This document shows, one piece after another, positions 18,425 through 26,645 of a stretch of DNA of 29,432 bases. The stretch is from sequence record DRR378314_107; one strand, 5' to 3'. The translations under genes were made by a program, and so were the position numbers. Under the pieces are notes generated by a model. That model was given only the letters and a program-made list of their open reading frames with translations, was not told where the DNA came from and did no database searches. Numbering within the stretch: the stretch's first letter is position 1; every line of letters begins with the position of its first letter.

Positions 18425-19054
18425 ATGGCCCAAGATCCGACCCAGCGCCTTCTCCACCAGGCCCGCTTCCTGAAAAGCGCCCAGAACGTGGAACAGTGCC
18501 CCCCGGACGCGGGTTTCGAGGTGGCCTTCGCCGGCCGCTCCAACGCCGGCAAATCCAGCGCCATCAACCGCCTCACCGGCCAGCGGACCCTGGCGCGCAC
18601 CTCCAAGACCCCGGGCCGCACCCAGCTGCTGAACTTCTTCGAGCTGGACGAGGAGCGGCGCCTGGTGGACCTGCCCGGCTACGGCTACGCCAAGGTGGAC
18701 AAGGTGACCCGCCAGCAATGGCAGCGCGACCTGGACGATTATCTGGCGCGCCGGCAAAGCCTCACCGGGCTGGTGCTGCTGATGGACATCCGCCATCCGC
18801 TCAAGGATTTCGACCGTCTGATTCTGGAATGGTCGGCGCGCGCCGGCATGCCGCTGCACCTGCTGATCACCAAGGCGGACAAACTCAAGTACGGCGCCGC
18901 CAAGAACACCCTGCTGCAGGTGCTCAAGGACGTCCGCGATCACCCGGCGCCGCTCAGCGCCCAGCTGTTTTCCGCCACCAACGGCAGCGGCTGCGACGAG
19001 GCCTGGCGCCAGCTCGGCACCTGGTTGGCGGTGCCGCCGGACCCGGCGGGCTGA
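18425..19054 (+). CDS. engB: Ribosome biogenesis GTP-binding protein YihA/YsxC
   Basis: [28 protein letters not shown]. Confidence 0.97.
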   Translation: MAQDPTQRLLHQARFLKSAQNVEQCPPDAGFEVAFAGRSNAGKSSAINRLTGQRTLARTSKTPGRTQLLNFFELDEERRLVDLPGYGYAKVDKVTRQQWQRDLDDYLARRQSLTGLVLLMDIRHPLKDFDRLILEWSARAGMPLHLLITKADKLKYGAAKNTLLQVLKDVRDHPAPLSAQLFSATNGSGCDEAWRQLGTWLAVPPDPAG

Positions 19055-19175
19055 CCGGGTCCGTCACTCCGGCGACGTTTTACGACACCGCTCTGGCGCA
19101 GGGGCGGCACCGGCCAAAGCGTGCCGACTCAGTGTAACCCACTGACATAAAACGTCTTTTACCGATTTCCAAAAA

Positions 19176-19192
19176 CAGGCATGCCTCTTGCT
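19176..19192 (+). promoter_or_regulatory. Putative sigma54 (-24/-12) promoter
   Basis: CAGGCATGCCTCTTGCT: GG(19178)-N10-GC(19190) with TTGC; IHF-like TAACCCACTGAC at 19135 and palindromes further upstream. Confidence 0.6.
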
Positions 19193-19243
19193 TCAGTGAA
19201 CGGCAAGAAGAAGGAAGAGGGGAAGTCCCACTTTTCAGTGGGC

Positions 19244-19296
19244 AAAAAAAATCCCTGGCAGCAAGTGGGGGAAGGGAACGACTGCGCTGCCAGGGA
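19244..19296 (-). terminator. Rho-independent terminator of the candidate sRNA (may also end Mrp read-through)
   Basis: TCCCTGGCAGC...GCTGCCAGGGA-TTTTTTTT on the minus strand. Confidence 0.8.
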
Positions 19297-19393
19297 GGCT
19301 TGCCGCCCCAGCCTCCTGGGGGAGAGACCGGGGTGTCCAGAAGCTACGAACCGGTGAGGGTACTGGGGGATCGGGGGTACCGGTCCGTAGCTA
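19244..19393 (-). ncRNA. Candidate ~150-nt sRNA with C-rich loops (positional analogue of Spot42/ErsA/sX13)
   Basis: Long 5' stem (19342-19355/19379-19392), internal hairpins, terminator stem (19252-19262/19286-19296) followed by U8; sigmaE-like promoter just upstream; convergent on engB. Confidence 0.72.
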
Positions 19394-19398
19394 TTGAT

Positions 19399-19428
19399 TA
19401 GGACTGGCCGCCTTTGGAAAAAGTTTCC
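19399..19428 (-). promoter_or_regulatory. Putative sigmaE/AlgU promoter for the sRNA
   Basis: Minus strand GGAAACTT-N16-GTCCTA, ending about 6 nt before the first stem. Confidence 0.55.
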
Positions 19429-19494
19429 ACGTCCTAATACCTTTTACAAATTTCATAATTCCTGCACAACAAGCACTATTAAACCCGCTTGCGG

Positions 19495-19827
19495 CTACTG
19501 CTTCCAGGGGCCGCCGCGGGTATCTTCCCGGCGCTTCAGATTGCGGTGCATGGCCGCCTTGGCCAGCATGTGCGCCGATACCGGTGCGGTGATAAACAGG
19601 AACAGAACGATCAGCACTTCCTGGAGCTGCAACGCCCGCTCCTGCCAGGAGAAAAACAGCAGCGACCCGAGAATGGTGCCGCCCACGCCCAGGGTGCTGG
19701 CTTTGGTCGGGCCGTGCAGACGCAGATAAAAATCCGAAAGCCGCACCAGGCCGATGGACCCCACCAGCGCGAACACCGCCCCGACCAGAATGAAGGCACT
19801 GACCAGAAATTCAACGATCTCGTTCAT
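19495..19827 (-). CDS. mrpG: Mrp/Pha Na+(K+)/H+ antiporter subunit G
   Basis: GLVRLSDFYLRLHGPTKASTLG, FITAPVSAH; start MNEI at 19827. Confidence 0.93.
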   Translation of the reverse strand: MNEIVEFLVSAFILVGAVFALVGSIGLVRLSDFYLRLHGPTKASTLGVGGTILGSLLFFSWQERALQLQEVLIVLFLFITAPVSAHMLAKAAMHRNLKRREDTRGGPWKQ

Positions 19828-19837
19828 AGTGTCGTCC

Positions 19838-20107
19838 CTACTCGATGATGTCGCCACGCAACATGTATTTGGCCACCGCCACGGTGCTCACGAAGCCGAT
19901 CAACGCGATCAGCATGGCGGCCTCGAAATAGAGCTTGCTGTCCGAGGAAATGCCGTACAGCACGATCAGCCCGATGGTGTTGATGTACATGGTGTCCAGG
20001 GCCAGGGCCCGGTCCGGCAGCGTGGGCCCGCGCAACAACCGGTACAGGTTGAGCAGCAGGGCCAGCACGAACAGCCCGAAGGCAATCGTCAGCGCGGTCT
20101 CTAGCAT
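19838..20107 (-). CDS. mrpF: Mrp/Pha antiporter subunit F
   Basis: RLLRGPTLPDRALALD...GFVSTVAVAKY..RGDIIE. Confidence 0.93.
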   Translation of the reverse strand: MLETALTIAFGLFVLALLLNLYRLLRGPTLPDRALALDTMYINTIGLIVLYGISSDSKLYFEAAMLIALIGFVSTVAVAKYMLRGDIIE

Positions 20108-20586
20108 TCGAAAATCTCCTTCAGTGGCCGCTCATAGCGCTGCTTGATCTGCCGGATCATGGCGTCTTGGTCGTCCACGTCGAGGGCATGGATCAGCAGG
20201 GTGCGCCGGTCCTCGCTGACATCGGCACTGACCGTGCCCGGCGTCAGCGAGATGGTGCTGGCGAGCAGCGTGATGGCGAACTCGTCGGTGAGGTCCAGCG
20301 GCAGCTCCACGAACCCGGGCCGCAAACGCCGGGGCGGCCCGAGGATCAGAATCGCCACCGCCATATTGGCGGTGAGAATGTCCCAATGCACCACCAAGAC
20401 GAACCGCACCAGCTTGGGGAAGTTGCGCAGGCGCGGCACATTGGGCCAGAAAGACTGGGTGCCCAGCGGCAGCACCACCGCGAGCACCAGACCGAGCAGG
20501 GCGTGCCCCCAGGAGAAGCCGTTAAGCAGCATCCAGGTGGCCCACAGAAACAGGCTCAACAGCGGAAACGGCAATACTCGACTCAT
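20101..20586 (-). CDS. mrpE: Mrp/Pha antiporter subunit E
   Basis: LASTISLTPGTVS, LLIHALD, IKQRYERPLKEIF; start 20586 overlaps the mrpD stop. Confidence 0.93.
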   Translation of the reverse strand: MSRVLPFPLLSLFLWATWMLLNGFSWGHALLGLVLAVVLPLGTQSFWPNVPRLRNFPKLVRFVLVVHWDILTANMAVAILILGPPRRLRPGFVELPLDLTDEFAITLLASTISLTPGTVSADVSEDRRTLLIHALDVDDQDAMIRQIKQRYERPLKEIFEC

Positions 20587-22073
20587 AACGCACTCTCCCC
20601 GGCGCCCAGCACCGCGTCGATATACAGGCCGGGCTGCGCCCACTGCCCGGCCACCGCCAGGCAGGCTTCAAGCACCGGCTCGCCCCAGATCGCCAGCGCC
20701 GGGGTGGTGGCCAGCAGCGCCACCGTGGCCGCCAGGCGCGGCCCGTCCAGGCTGCGTTCTTCGCCGTCGCCGGTGGCCCGCCAGAACAGCGTCGACCCGG
20801 CCCGGCTCAGGCCGATCAGGGCGATCAGGCCGCCGCCCAGCAACAGCAACCAATAGACCGGCGCCGGCACCGCCTGCATCAGGGCGACCTTGCCGATAAA
20901 GCCGGATAACGGCGGCAGGCCGACCACGGCGATGGCGCCGGCGAAAAACAGCGCGCCGAGCACCCCGCGGCCGACGGGGGACGGCCCCGCTTCAAGCCGG
21001 TCCGCCAGTTCCCCACGCCCCCGGGACACCAGGTCCGCCAGCAGAAACAGGCCGCCGCACACCAGGGTCGAGTGGATCAGGTAGTAAAGCATGGCGCCGA
21101 AGGCCTCCGGCGACGACCAGGCCAGCCCGGCCACCAGCGTGCCCACCGACATCACCAGCAAATAGGCCACCATTTCGCCGAGGCGGCGGGCGCCGAGCAC
21201 GCCCACCGCCGCCAGGCCCAGGGTGATCAGCGCCAGAATCCACAGCGGGTCCCGGCCCAGCCCGGCCAGCGCGCCGCCGCTGAACGCCAGGCCGTACACC
21301 CGGGCGATGGCGTAAATGCCCACCTTGGTCATGATCGCGAACAAGGCCGCCACCGGCGCCGTGGCGCTGGCGTAGGTGGCCGGCAGCCAAAAGTAGAGCG
21401 GGAACAGCGCCGCCTTCAGGCCGAACACCACCCACATCAGCAGGCCGGAAAGGCGCGCCAGATCCAGGCTGTTACCCTCCATCTCACTCACTTTGACCGC
21501 AAAGTCGGCCATATTGAGCGTACCGGTGGTGCCGTAGGCGAGCCCCAGCGCAACCAGGAACAGCGCCGAACCGATCAGGTTGAGCACCACATAGTGAATG
21601 CCGCCCTTCACCCGGGCCGGGCCACGGCCGTGCAGGGCCAGCCCGTAGGAGGCGATCAACAGCACCTCGAAGAACACGAACAGGTTGAACAGGTCGCCGG
21701 TCAGGAAGGCGCCGTTGATGCCCATCAGCTGCAGCTGGAACAACGCGTGGAAGTTGGCGCCGCGCCGGTCGTCGCCACGGCTGCCGTAGATCAGCGCCGG
21801 CAGCGCCAGCACCGCCGTGAGCAGCACCATCAGGGCACTCAGCCGGTCGAGCACCAGCACGATGCCGAACGGCGCCCGCCAGTCACCCAGCTGATACACG
21901 CCGATATCGCCGCTGGCCGCCTGCTGCCACAGGCCCAGCGCCACGGGGATCAATGCCAGGGTCGCCAGCAGACCGGTGAGGCGGCGCAGGCGCTGGCGTT
22001 CGCGGACCTCCAGCAAAAGCAGCATGCCCGCGAACGCGGGGATCAGAATCGGCGCGATGATCAAATGTTCCAT
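20583..22073 (-). CDS. mrpD: Mrp/Pha antiporter subunit D
   Basis: GDWRAPFGIVLVLDRLS, GAFLTGDLFNLFVFFEVLL, KAALFPLYFWLP, TKVGIY, GLPPLSGF. Confidence 0.95.
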   Translation of the reverse strand: MEHLIIAPILIPAFAGMLLLLEVRERQRLRRLTGLLATLALIPVALGLWQQAASGDIGVYQLGDWRAPFGIVLVLDRLSALMVLLTAVLALPALIYGSRGDDRRGANFHALFQLQLMGINGAFLTGDLFNLFVFFEVLLIASYGLALHGRGPARVKGGIHYVVLNLIGSALFLVALGLAYGTTGTLNMADFAVKVSEMEGNSLDLARLSGLLMWVVFGLKAALFPLYFWLPATYASATAPVAALFAIMTKVGIYAIARVYGLAFSGGALAGLGRDPLWILALITLGLAAVGVLGARRLGEMVAYLLVMSVGTLVAGLAWSSPEAFGAMLYYLIHSTLVCGGLFLLADLVSRGRGELADRLEAGPSPVGRGVLGALFFAGAIAVVGLPPLSGFIGKVALMQAVPAPVYWLLLLGGGLIALIGLSRAGSTLFWRATGDGEERSLDGPRLAATVALLATTPALAIWGEPVLEACLAVAGQWAQPGLYIDAVLGAGESAL

Positions 22074-22408
22074 CAGCCGTCCTCCCCGTCGGAGCCACCG
22101 TCCACGTGATCGCTCTTCATTTCACCCTGGCCGCGCAGGGCCAGCACCACCAGAAAGGCGGTCATGGCGAAACCGATCACGATGGCGGTCAGCACCAGCG
22201 CCTGGGGCAAGGGGTCGCTGGCGTTTTCGGACATGCCCACCACCGGCACCTGGTTCAGGCTCAAGCGGCCGGATACGAACACGAACAGGTTGACCCCGTA
22301 ACTGAGCAGCGTAATGCCCAGAATCACCGGGAAGGTGCGCGCGCGCAGGGTCAGATAGACGCCGCAACCGACCAGCGTCGCGATGATCAACGCAAGCATC
22401 ACTTCCAT
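22073..22408 (-). CDS. mrpC: Mrp/Pha antiporter subunit C
   Basis: DPLPQALVLTAIVIGFA signature. Confidence 0.95.
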   Translation of the reverse strand: MEVMLALIIATLVGCGVYLTLRARTFPVILGITLLSYGVNLFVFVSGRLSLNQVPVVGMSENASDPLPQALVLTAIVIGFAMTAFLVVLALRGQGEMKSDHVDGGSDGEDG

Positions 22409-25248
22409 CAGGCGCCTCCTCTCTGGCCGCTTTGGTCAGGGTCATTCCCGGCGCCGGTGCCGGCGCCCTTGTCGTCCAACAGCGACAGCTTGCCCAGGTT
22501 CGCCAGCATCAGCAGCGTGGCGCCCACCACGGTGAGGAACACACCGGTATCGAACAGCATGGCGCTGGCCACCTCGAACTTGCCCACCAGCGGCCAGTGG
22601 ATGTAATCGAAGGTGCTGGTCAGGAACGGATGGCCGAACAACCAGGAGGCCACCCCGGTGATCCCGGCCAGCAGCAGGCCCAGCGCCACCACCGGGTGGT
22701 AGTCGCCGGGCATGCGGTGGTGCATCCAGCCCACCCCGGAGGCCACGTACTGCAGCAACAGCGCCACCGACGTCACCAGGCCGGCGATAAAGCCGCCGCC
22801 GGGCAGGTTATGGCCGCGCAGGAAGATGTACACCGACACCAGCAGGGCCAGCGGCAGCAACGGCCGCGAGATGGTCACCAGCACCAGCGGGTGCGCGTCC
22901 CGCGCCCAGGGCCGGCCAGTGGAATCCGCCCGGGGCGAGGTCAGCTTGAGATCCTTGAGCAGCGCGTAGATGCCCATGGCGGCGATGCCCAGCACGGTGA
23001 TCTCACCGAAGGTATCGAAGCCCCGGAAGTCCACCAGGATCACGTTGACCACATTGGTGCCACCGCCGCCCGGCTTCGCGTTCTCCAGGAAGAAGCCGCT
23101 GATGCTGTTGAAGTCGCTGGTCATCATGGCGAACGCCATGACGCCGACGCCGCCGCCGACCACCACCGACAGGAACAGATCGCGGAACACTCTGAACACG
23201 CCGGATTCGGCGCTGGTGCGCACCGGCAGAAAGTACATCGCCAGGATCAGCAGCATCACCGTGACCACTTCCACGGAAAGCTGGGTGAGCGCCAGATCCG
23301 GCGCCGAGAAGCGCACGAACACCAGCGACACCACCAGCCCCACCACGCTGATCGACATGATCGCCGTCATCCGGTGGCGGTGCAGAATGGCGGTGATCAC
23401 CGCGGCCACGATCAACATGGCGCCGGCCAGCAGCGCCACCCCGTCCAGGGGCAGCAGCGCCCGGTCGCCGCTCAGCAAACGCGGCCCCAGCTGCGTCAGC
23501 AGCACCAGCGAGACCACCGCCAGCAACCAGGCCACATAGGTCTGCAGGGAGCCGTTGCGCAAGCGCCCGCTCAACGCCCCGGCGAACCCCGCCACCGCCT
23601 GCATGGCGCGCTCGAAAATCAGGTTGGCGTTGATCTCGGGCAGGCGCGCGTGCCACCGGAACAGGCGCTGCCGCTGGCTGTAGACCAGCACGCCGCCGAC
23701 CAGGGCGATGACGCTCATCAGCAACGGCAGGTTAAAGCCGTGCCAGATGGAAAGATGGTATTCCGGCAGGGTGCCGCCAAGCGTGGCGGTGCCGGCCACC
23801 GCCAGCAGCCCGGCCACGGTGAGCGCCGGGAACACGCCCACCGCCACGCACAACGCCACCAGTATCTCCACCGGCACTTTCATGTAACGGGGCGGCTCAT
23901 GGGGCGGAAACTTGGGCAGGTTCACCGGCTCGCCGTTGAAGAAGACGTCGTGGATAAAGCGCGCCGAATAGGCCACCGACAACACGCCGCCCAGGGTGGC
24001 GCCCAGCGGCAGCACCCAGCTCAGGGCCCCGAGGCGGTCGGACTGCAGGGTCTCGGCGAAGAACATCTCCTTGGACAGGAAGCCGTTGAGCAACGGCACC
24101 CCGGCCATCGCCGCCGAGGCCACCATGGCGAGCACCGCGGTGTACGGCATGTAACGCCACAAGCCGTTGATACGGCGCATGTCCCGGGTGCCGGTTTCGT
24201 GATCAATGATGCCGGCGGCCATGAACAGCGACGCCTTGAAGGTGGCGTGGTTGATGATGTGGAACACCGCCGCCACCGCCGCCAGCTCGGTGTTCAGGCC
24301 GAACAGCAGGGTGATCAGACCCAGATGGCTGATGGTGGAATAGGCCAGCAACCCTTTCAGGTCGTGCTGGAACAGCGCCGCCAGCGCCCCCCACAGCAGC
24401 GTCGCCATGCCGGCCAGCGTGACCAGGTCGAACCACAGGTTGGTGCCCGCCAGCATCGGGTAGAAGCGGGCCAGCAAAAACACCCCCGCCTTGACCATGG
24501 TGGCGGAGTGCAAGTAAGCACTTACCGGCGTCGGCGCCGCCATGGCATGGGGCAGCCAGAAGTGGAACGGGAACTGGGCACTCTTGGTGAAAATACCCAG
24601 CAGCACCAGGCACAGAATCAGCGGGTAGAGCCCGCTGGCGCGGATGGCGTCGCCGCTGGCCAGCGCCTCGCCCAGGGAATAGCTGCCCACCACCTGGCCG
24701 ATCAGCAGCACCCCGGCGAGCAGCGCCAGGCCGCCCAGGCCGGTGACCGTGAGCGCCATGCGCGCGCCCTTCCTGGCGCCGCTGTTGTGCGACCAGAAAC
24801 CGATCAGCAAGAACGAGCTGAGGCTGGTGAGCTCCCAGAACACCACCAGCAGCAGCAGGTTGTCACTGGTCACCACCCCCAGCATGGCGCCCATGAAGAG
24901 CAGCAGGTAGGCGTAAAACCGCCCGGCTTTTTCATCGGCGGACAGGTAGTAGCGCGCGTACAGAATAATCAGCAGGCCGATGCCCAGCACCAGCATGGCG
25001 AACATCAGCGCCAGGCCGTCCAGGCGGAACGCCAGGTCCAGGCCCAGGCTGGGCAGCCACTGCAGTGAAGAGAGCACCGTTTCGCCGGCGATCACCCGTC
25101 GCGCGGGCGCCACCATCAAAGCCAGCGCCAGGGCCGGCAACGCCGCGGCGCTCAGCGCCAGCAGCGTGCGCGAGGCCCTGAAACGTTCGGCCAGCGGCGG
25201 CAGTGCGGCCCCCAGAAAGGGCAGCAGCACCAGAATGGAAAGATTCAT
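22408..25248 (-). CDS. mrpA: Mrp/Pha antiporter fused subunit A/B (group 2 operon)
   Basis: FWELTSLSSF, TKSAQFPFHFWLPHAMAAPTPVSAYLHSATMVKAG, NVILVDFRGFDTFGE, and MrpB-type RGHNLPGGGF; start ATG 25248. Confidence 0.95.
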   Translation of the reverse strand: MNLSILVLLPFLGAALPPLAERFRASRTLLALSAAALPALALALMVAPARRVIAGETVLSSLQWLPSLGLDLAFRLDGLALMFAMLVLGIGLLIILYARYYLSADEKAGRFYAYLLLFMGAMLGVVTSDNLLLLVVFWELTSLSSFLLIGFWSHNSGARKGARMALTVTGLGGLALLAGVLLIGQVVGSYSLGEALASGDAIRASGLYPLILCLVLLGIFTKSAQFPFHFWLPHAMAAPTPVSAYLHSATMVKAGVFLLARFYPMLAGTNLWFDLVTLAGMATLLWGALAALFQHDLKGLLAYSTISHLGLITLLFGLNTELAAVAAVFHIINHATFKASLFMAAGIIDHETGTRDMRRINGLWRYMPYTAVLAMVASAAMAGVPLLNGFLSKEMFFAETLQSDRLGALSWVLPLGATLGGVLSVAYSARFIHDVFFNGEPVNLPKFPPHEPPRYMKVPVEILVALCVAVGVFPALTVAGLLAVAGTATLGGTLPEYHLSIWHGFNLPLLMSVIALVGGVLVYSQRQRLFRWHARLPEINANLIFERAMQAVAGFAGALSGRLRNGSLQTYVAWLLAVVSLVLLTQLGPRLLSGDRALLPLDGVALLAGAMLIVAAVITAILHRHRMTAIMSISVVGLVVSLVFVRFSAPDLALTQLSVEVVTVMLLILAMYFLPVRTSAESGVFRVFRDLFLSVVVGGGVGVMAFAMMTSDFNSISGFFLENAKPGGGGTNVVNVILVDFRGFDTFGEITVLGIAAMGIYALLKDLKLTSPRADSTGRPWARDAHPLVLVTISRPLLPLALLVSVYIFLRGHNLPGGGFIAGLVTSVALLLQYVASGVGWMHHRMPGDYHPVVALGLLLAGITGVASWLFGHPFLTSTFDYIHWPLVGKFEVASAMLFDTGVFLTVVGATLLMLANLGKLSLLDDKGAGTGAGNDPDQSGQRGGA

Positions 25249-25490
25249 AGGCAATCCGTTGTCAGTTGCGGCAACGCCGCGTCGAGCTTATCAGTAAATC
25301 ATCAACTCAGCGTGACAACGGGCGGATCCGGGAAATAGGGGCGGCGGCCCCGCCGCGGGCAGTGGGCGGGCATACTGATCATTCTGTGGTGCCGCAATTG
25401 GCAGTCCATACAAAACCGAATCACTGAAAAGGGTCCGTAGTATGCCACGCCGATCCGGGGCGAACACAAGACCGGCCCGCCACCCGGGTA

Positions 25491-26255
25491 TCAGAGCTCG
25501 CCCACGAATTGATTATAGAACTGCCGGGCGGTGCGCCCGGAGCGCCCGCCGCGCTCCATGGAAAAGCGGCGGGCGAGAATGTGCAGCCGGTCGCGGTCGG
25601 CGACCTCGCCGAACAGGTGATCGACGATCTGGAAATACTGCGCTTCATTGATCGGGTAAAAGCTCAGCGACAGGCCGAACCGGTCGGACAGGGAAATCTT
25701 CTCTTCCACCACGTCGCCGTGGTGGATCTCACGGCCCACCACCCGGCTCTGCTCGTTGTCGGCCTGGTACTCGGACACCAGGTGGCGGCGGTTACTGGTG
25801 GCGTACAGGCGGACGTTCTCCGGCGGCAGCTCCAGCGAGCCTTCCAGCACGCTTTTCAGGTGCTTGTACTGGGTTTCACCGTCCTCGAAGGCAATGTCGT
25901 CGCAGTACACCACGAAACGCTGGGCGCGCTCGCGCAGATCATCGACGATCTCCGGCAGGTCCACCAGGTCGTGCTTTTCCACCTCGATCATGCGCAGCCC
26001 GCGCGGCGCGTATTCGTTCAGCAGCGCTTTCACCAGCGACGACTTGCCGGTGCCCCGGCTGCCCCACAGCAGCGCATGGTTGGCGGGCTTGCCGGCCAGG
26101 AAGCGTTCGGTGTTCTGCACCAGCTTCCGTTTCTGCGTGTCCACGCCGAGCAGATCGTCCAGCGCCACCGGGTCCAGGTGCCGCACCGGTCTCAGCCGTT
26201 GCTGTCTGGGCCGCCAGATGGCGGCCGCTTCCGCGCGCCAATCAACGTGATTCAT
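25491..26255 (-). CDS. DUF815-family AAA+ ATP-binding protein
   Basis: LLWGSRGTGKSSLVKA, YCDD, LKSVLEG, YATSNRRHL, EEKISLSDRFGL, RSGRTARQF; start MNHV at 26255. Confidence 0.9.
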   Translation of the reverse strand: MNHVDWRAEAAAIWRPRQQRLRPVRHLDPVALDDLLGVDTQKRKLVQNTERFLAGKPANHALLWGSRGTGKSSLVKALLNEYAPRGLRMIEVEKHDLVDLPEIVDDLRERAQRFVVYCDDIAFEDGETQYKHLKSVLEGSLELPPENVRLYATSNRRHLVSEYQADNEQSRVVGREIHHGDVVEEKISLSDRFGLSLSFYPINEAQYFQIVDHLFGEVADRDRLHILARRFSMERGGRSGRTARQFYNQFVGEL

Positions 26256-26312
26256 GGTGTCCCCGTTGGAAATCAGGTCAAAAATATTGCCACGGTCGGC
26301 CCGGCGACTAAA

Positions 26313-26339
26313 GAACTTGCTTGCCCGCCCCGGGTCCAC
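26313..26339 (+). promoter_or_regulatory. Putative sigmaE/AlgU promoter
   Basis: GAACTT-N16-TCCAC about 50 nt upstream of the lipoprotein start. Confidence 0.5.
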
Positions 26340-26388
26340 CTTTAACATGGACCCAGGATAAAACACGCAACCGACCCCGGAGACACCC

Positions 26389-26628
26389 ATGATTCGCTTC
26401 CCTCTCGCCGGCCTTACGCTGATCCTGGCAGCCGCGGGCTGCGCCCATACCCCGGCGAACCTCCCCGACAACGCCCGCCCCTGCCCGGAACCGCGGCCGC
26501 AAATGTGCACCATGGAATACCGCCCGGTGATCGGCCTGGACAAGAACGGCGAAACCCTGGGCGAATACAGCAACGCCTGCAGCGGCTGCGCCAAAGAAGG
26601 CGTCGCCTATACCGTGCCGGTTAAATAA
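26389..26628 (+). CDS. Small lipoprotein with an atypical Kazal-type protease-inhibitor domain
   Basis: Lipobox-like LAAAG-C; C..PRPQMCTMEYRPV.G...YSNAC..C; GGAG RBS. Confidence 0.75.
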   Translation: MIRFPLAGLTLILAAAGCAHTPANLPDNARPCPEPRPQMCTMEYRPVIGLDKNGETLGEYSNACSGCAKEGVAYTVPVK

Positions 26629-26645
26629 CGTCCAAGGACACCGCT

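Noticed and set aside
19238-19357. 39-codon GTG ORF downstream of the sigma54 promoter (VGKKNPWQQ...)
   Set aside because: Lies wholly antisense to the structured RNA, SD spacing is poor and there are no protein features; not excluded without ribosome profiling
22432-25068. 878-aa plus-strand ORF
   Set aside because: Antisense shadow of mrpA; Gln/His/Arg-rich with no motifs, typical of high-GC DNA
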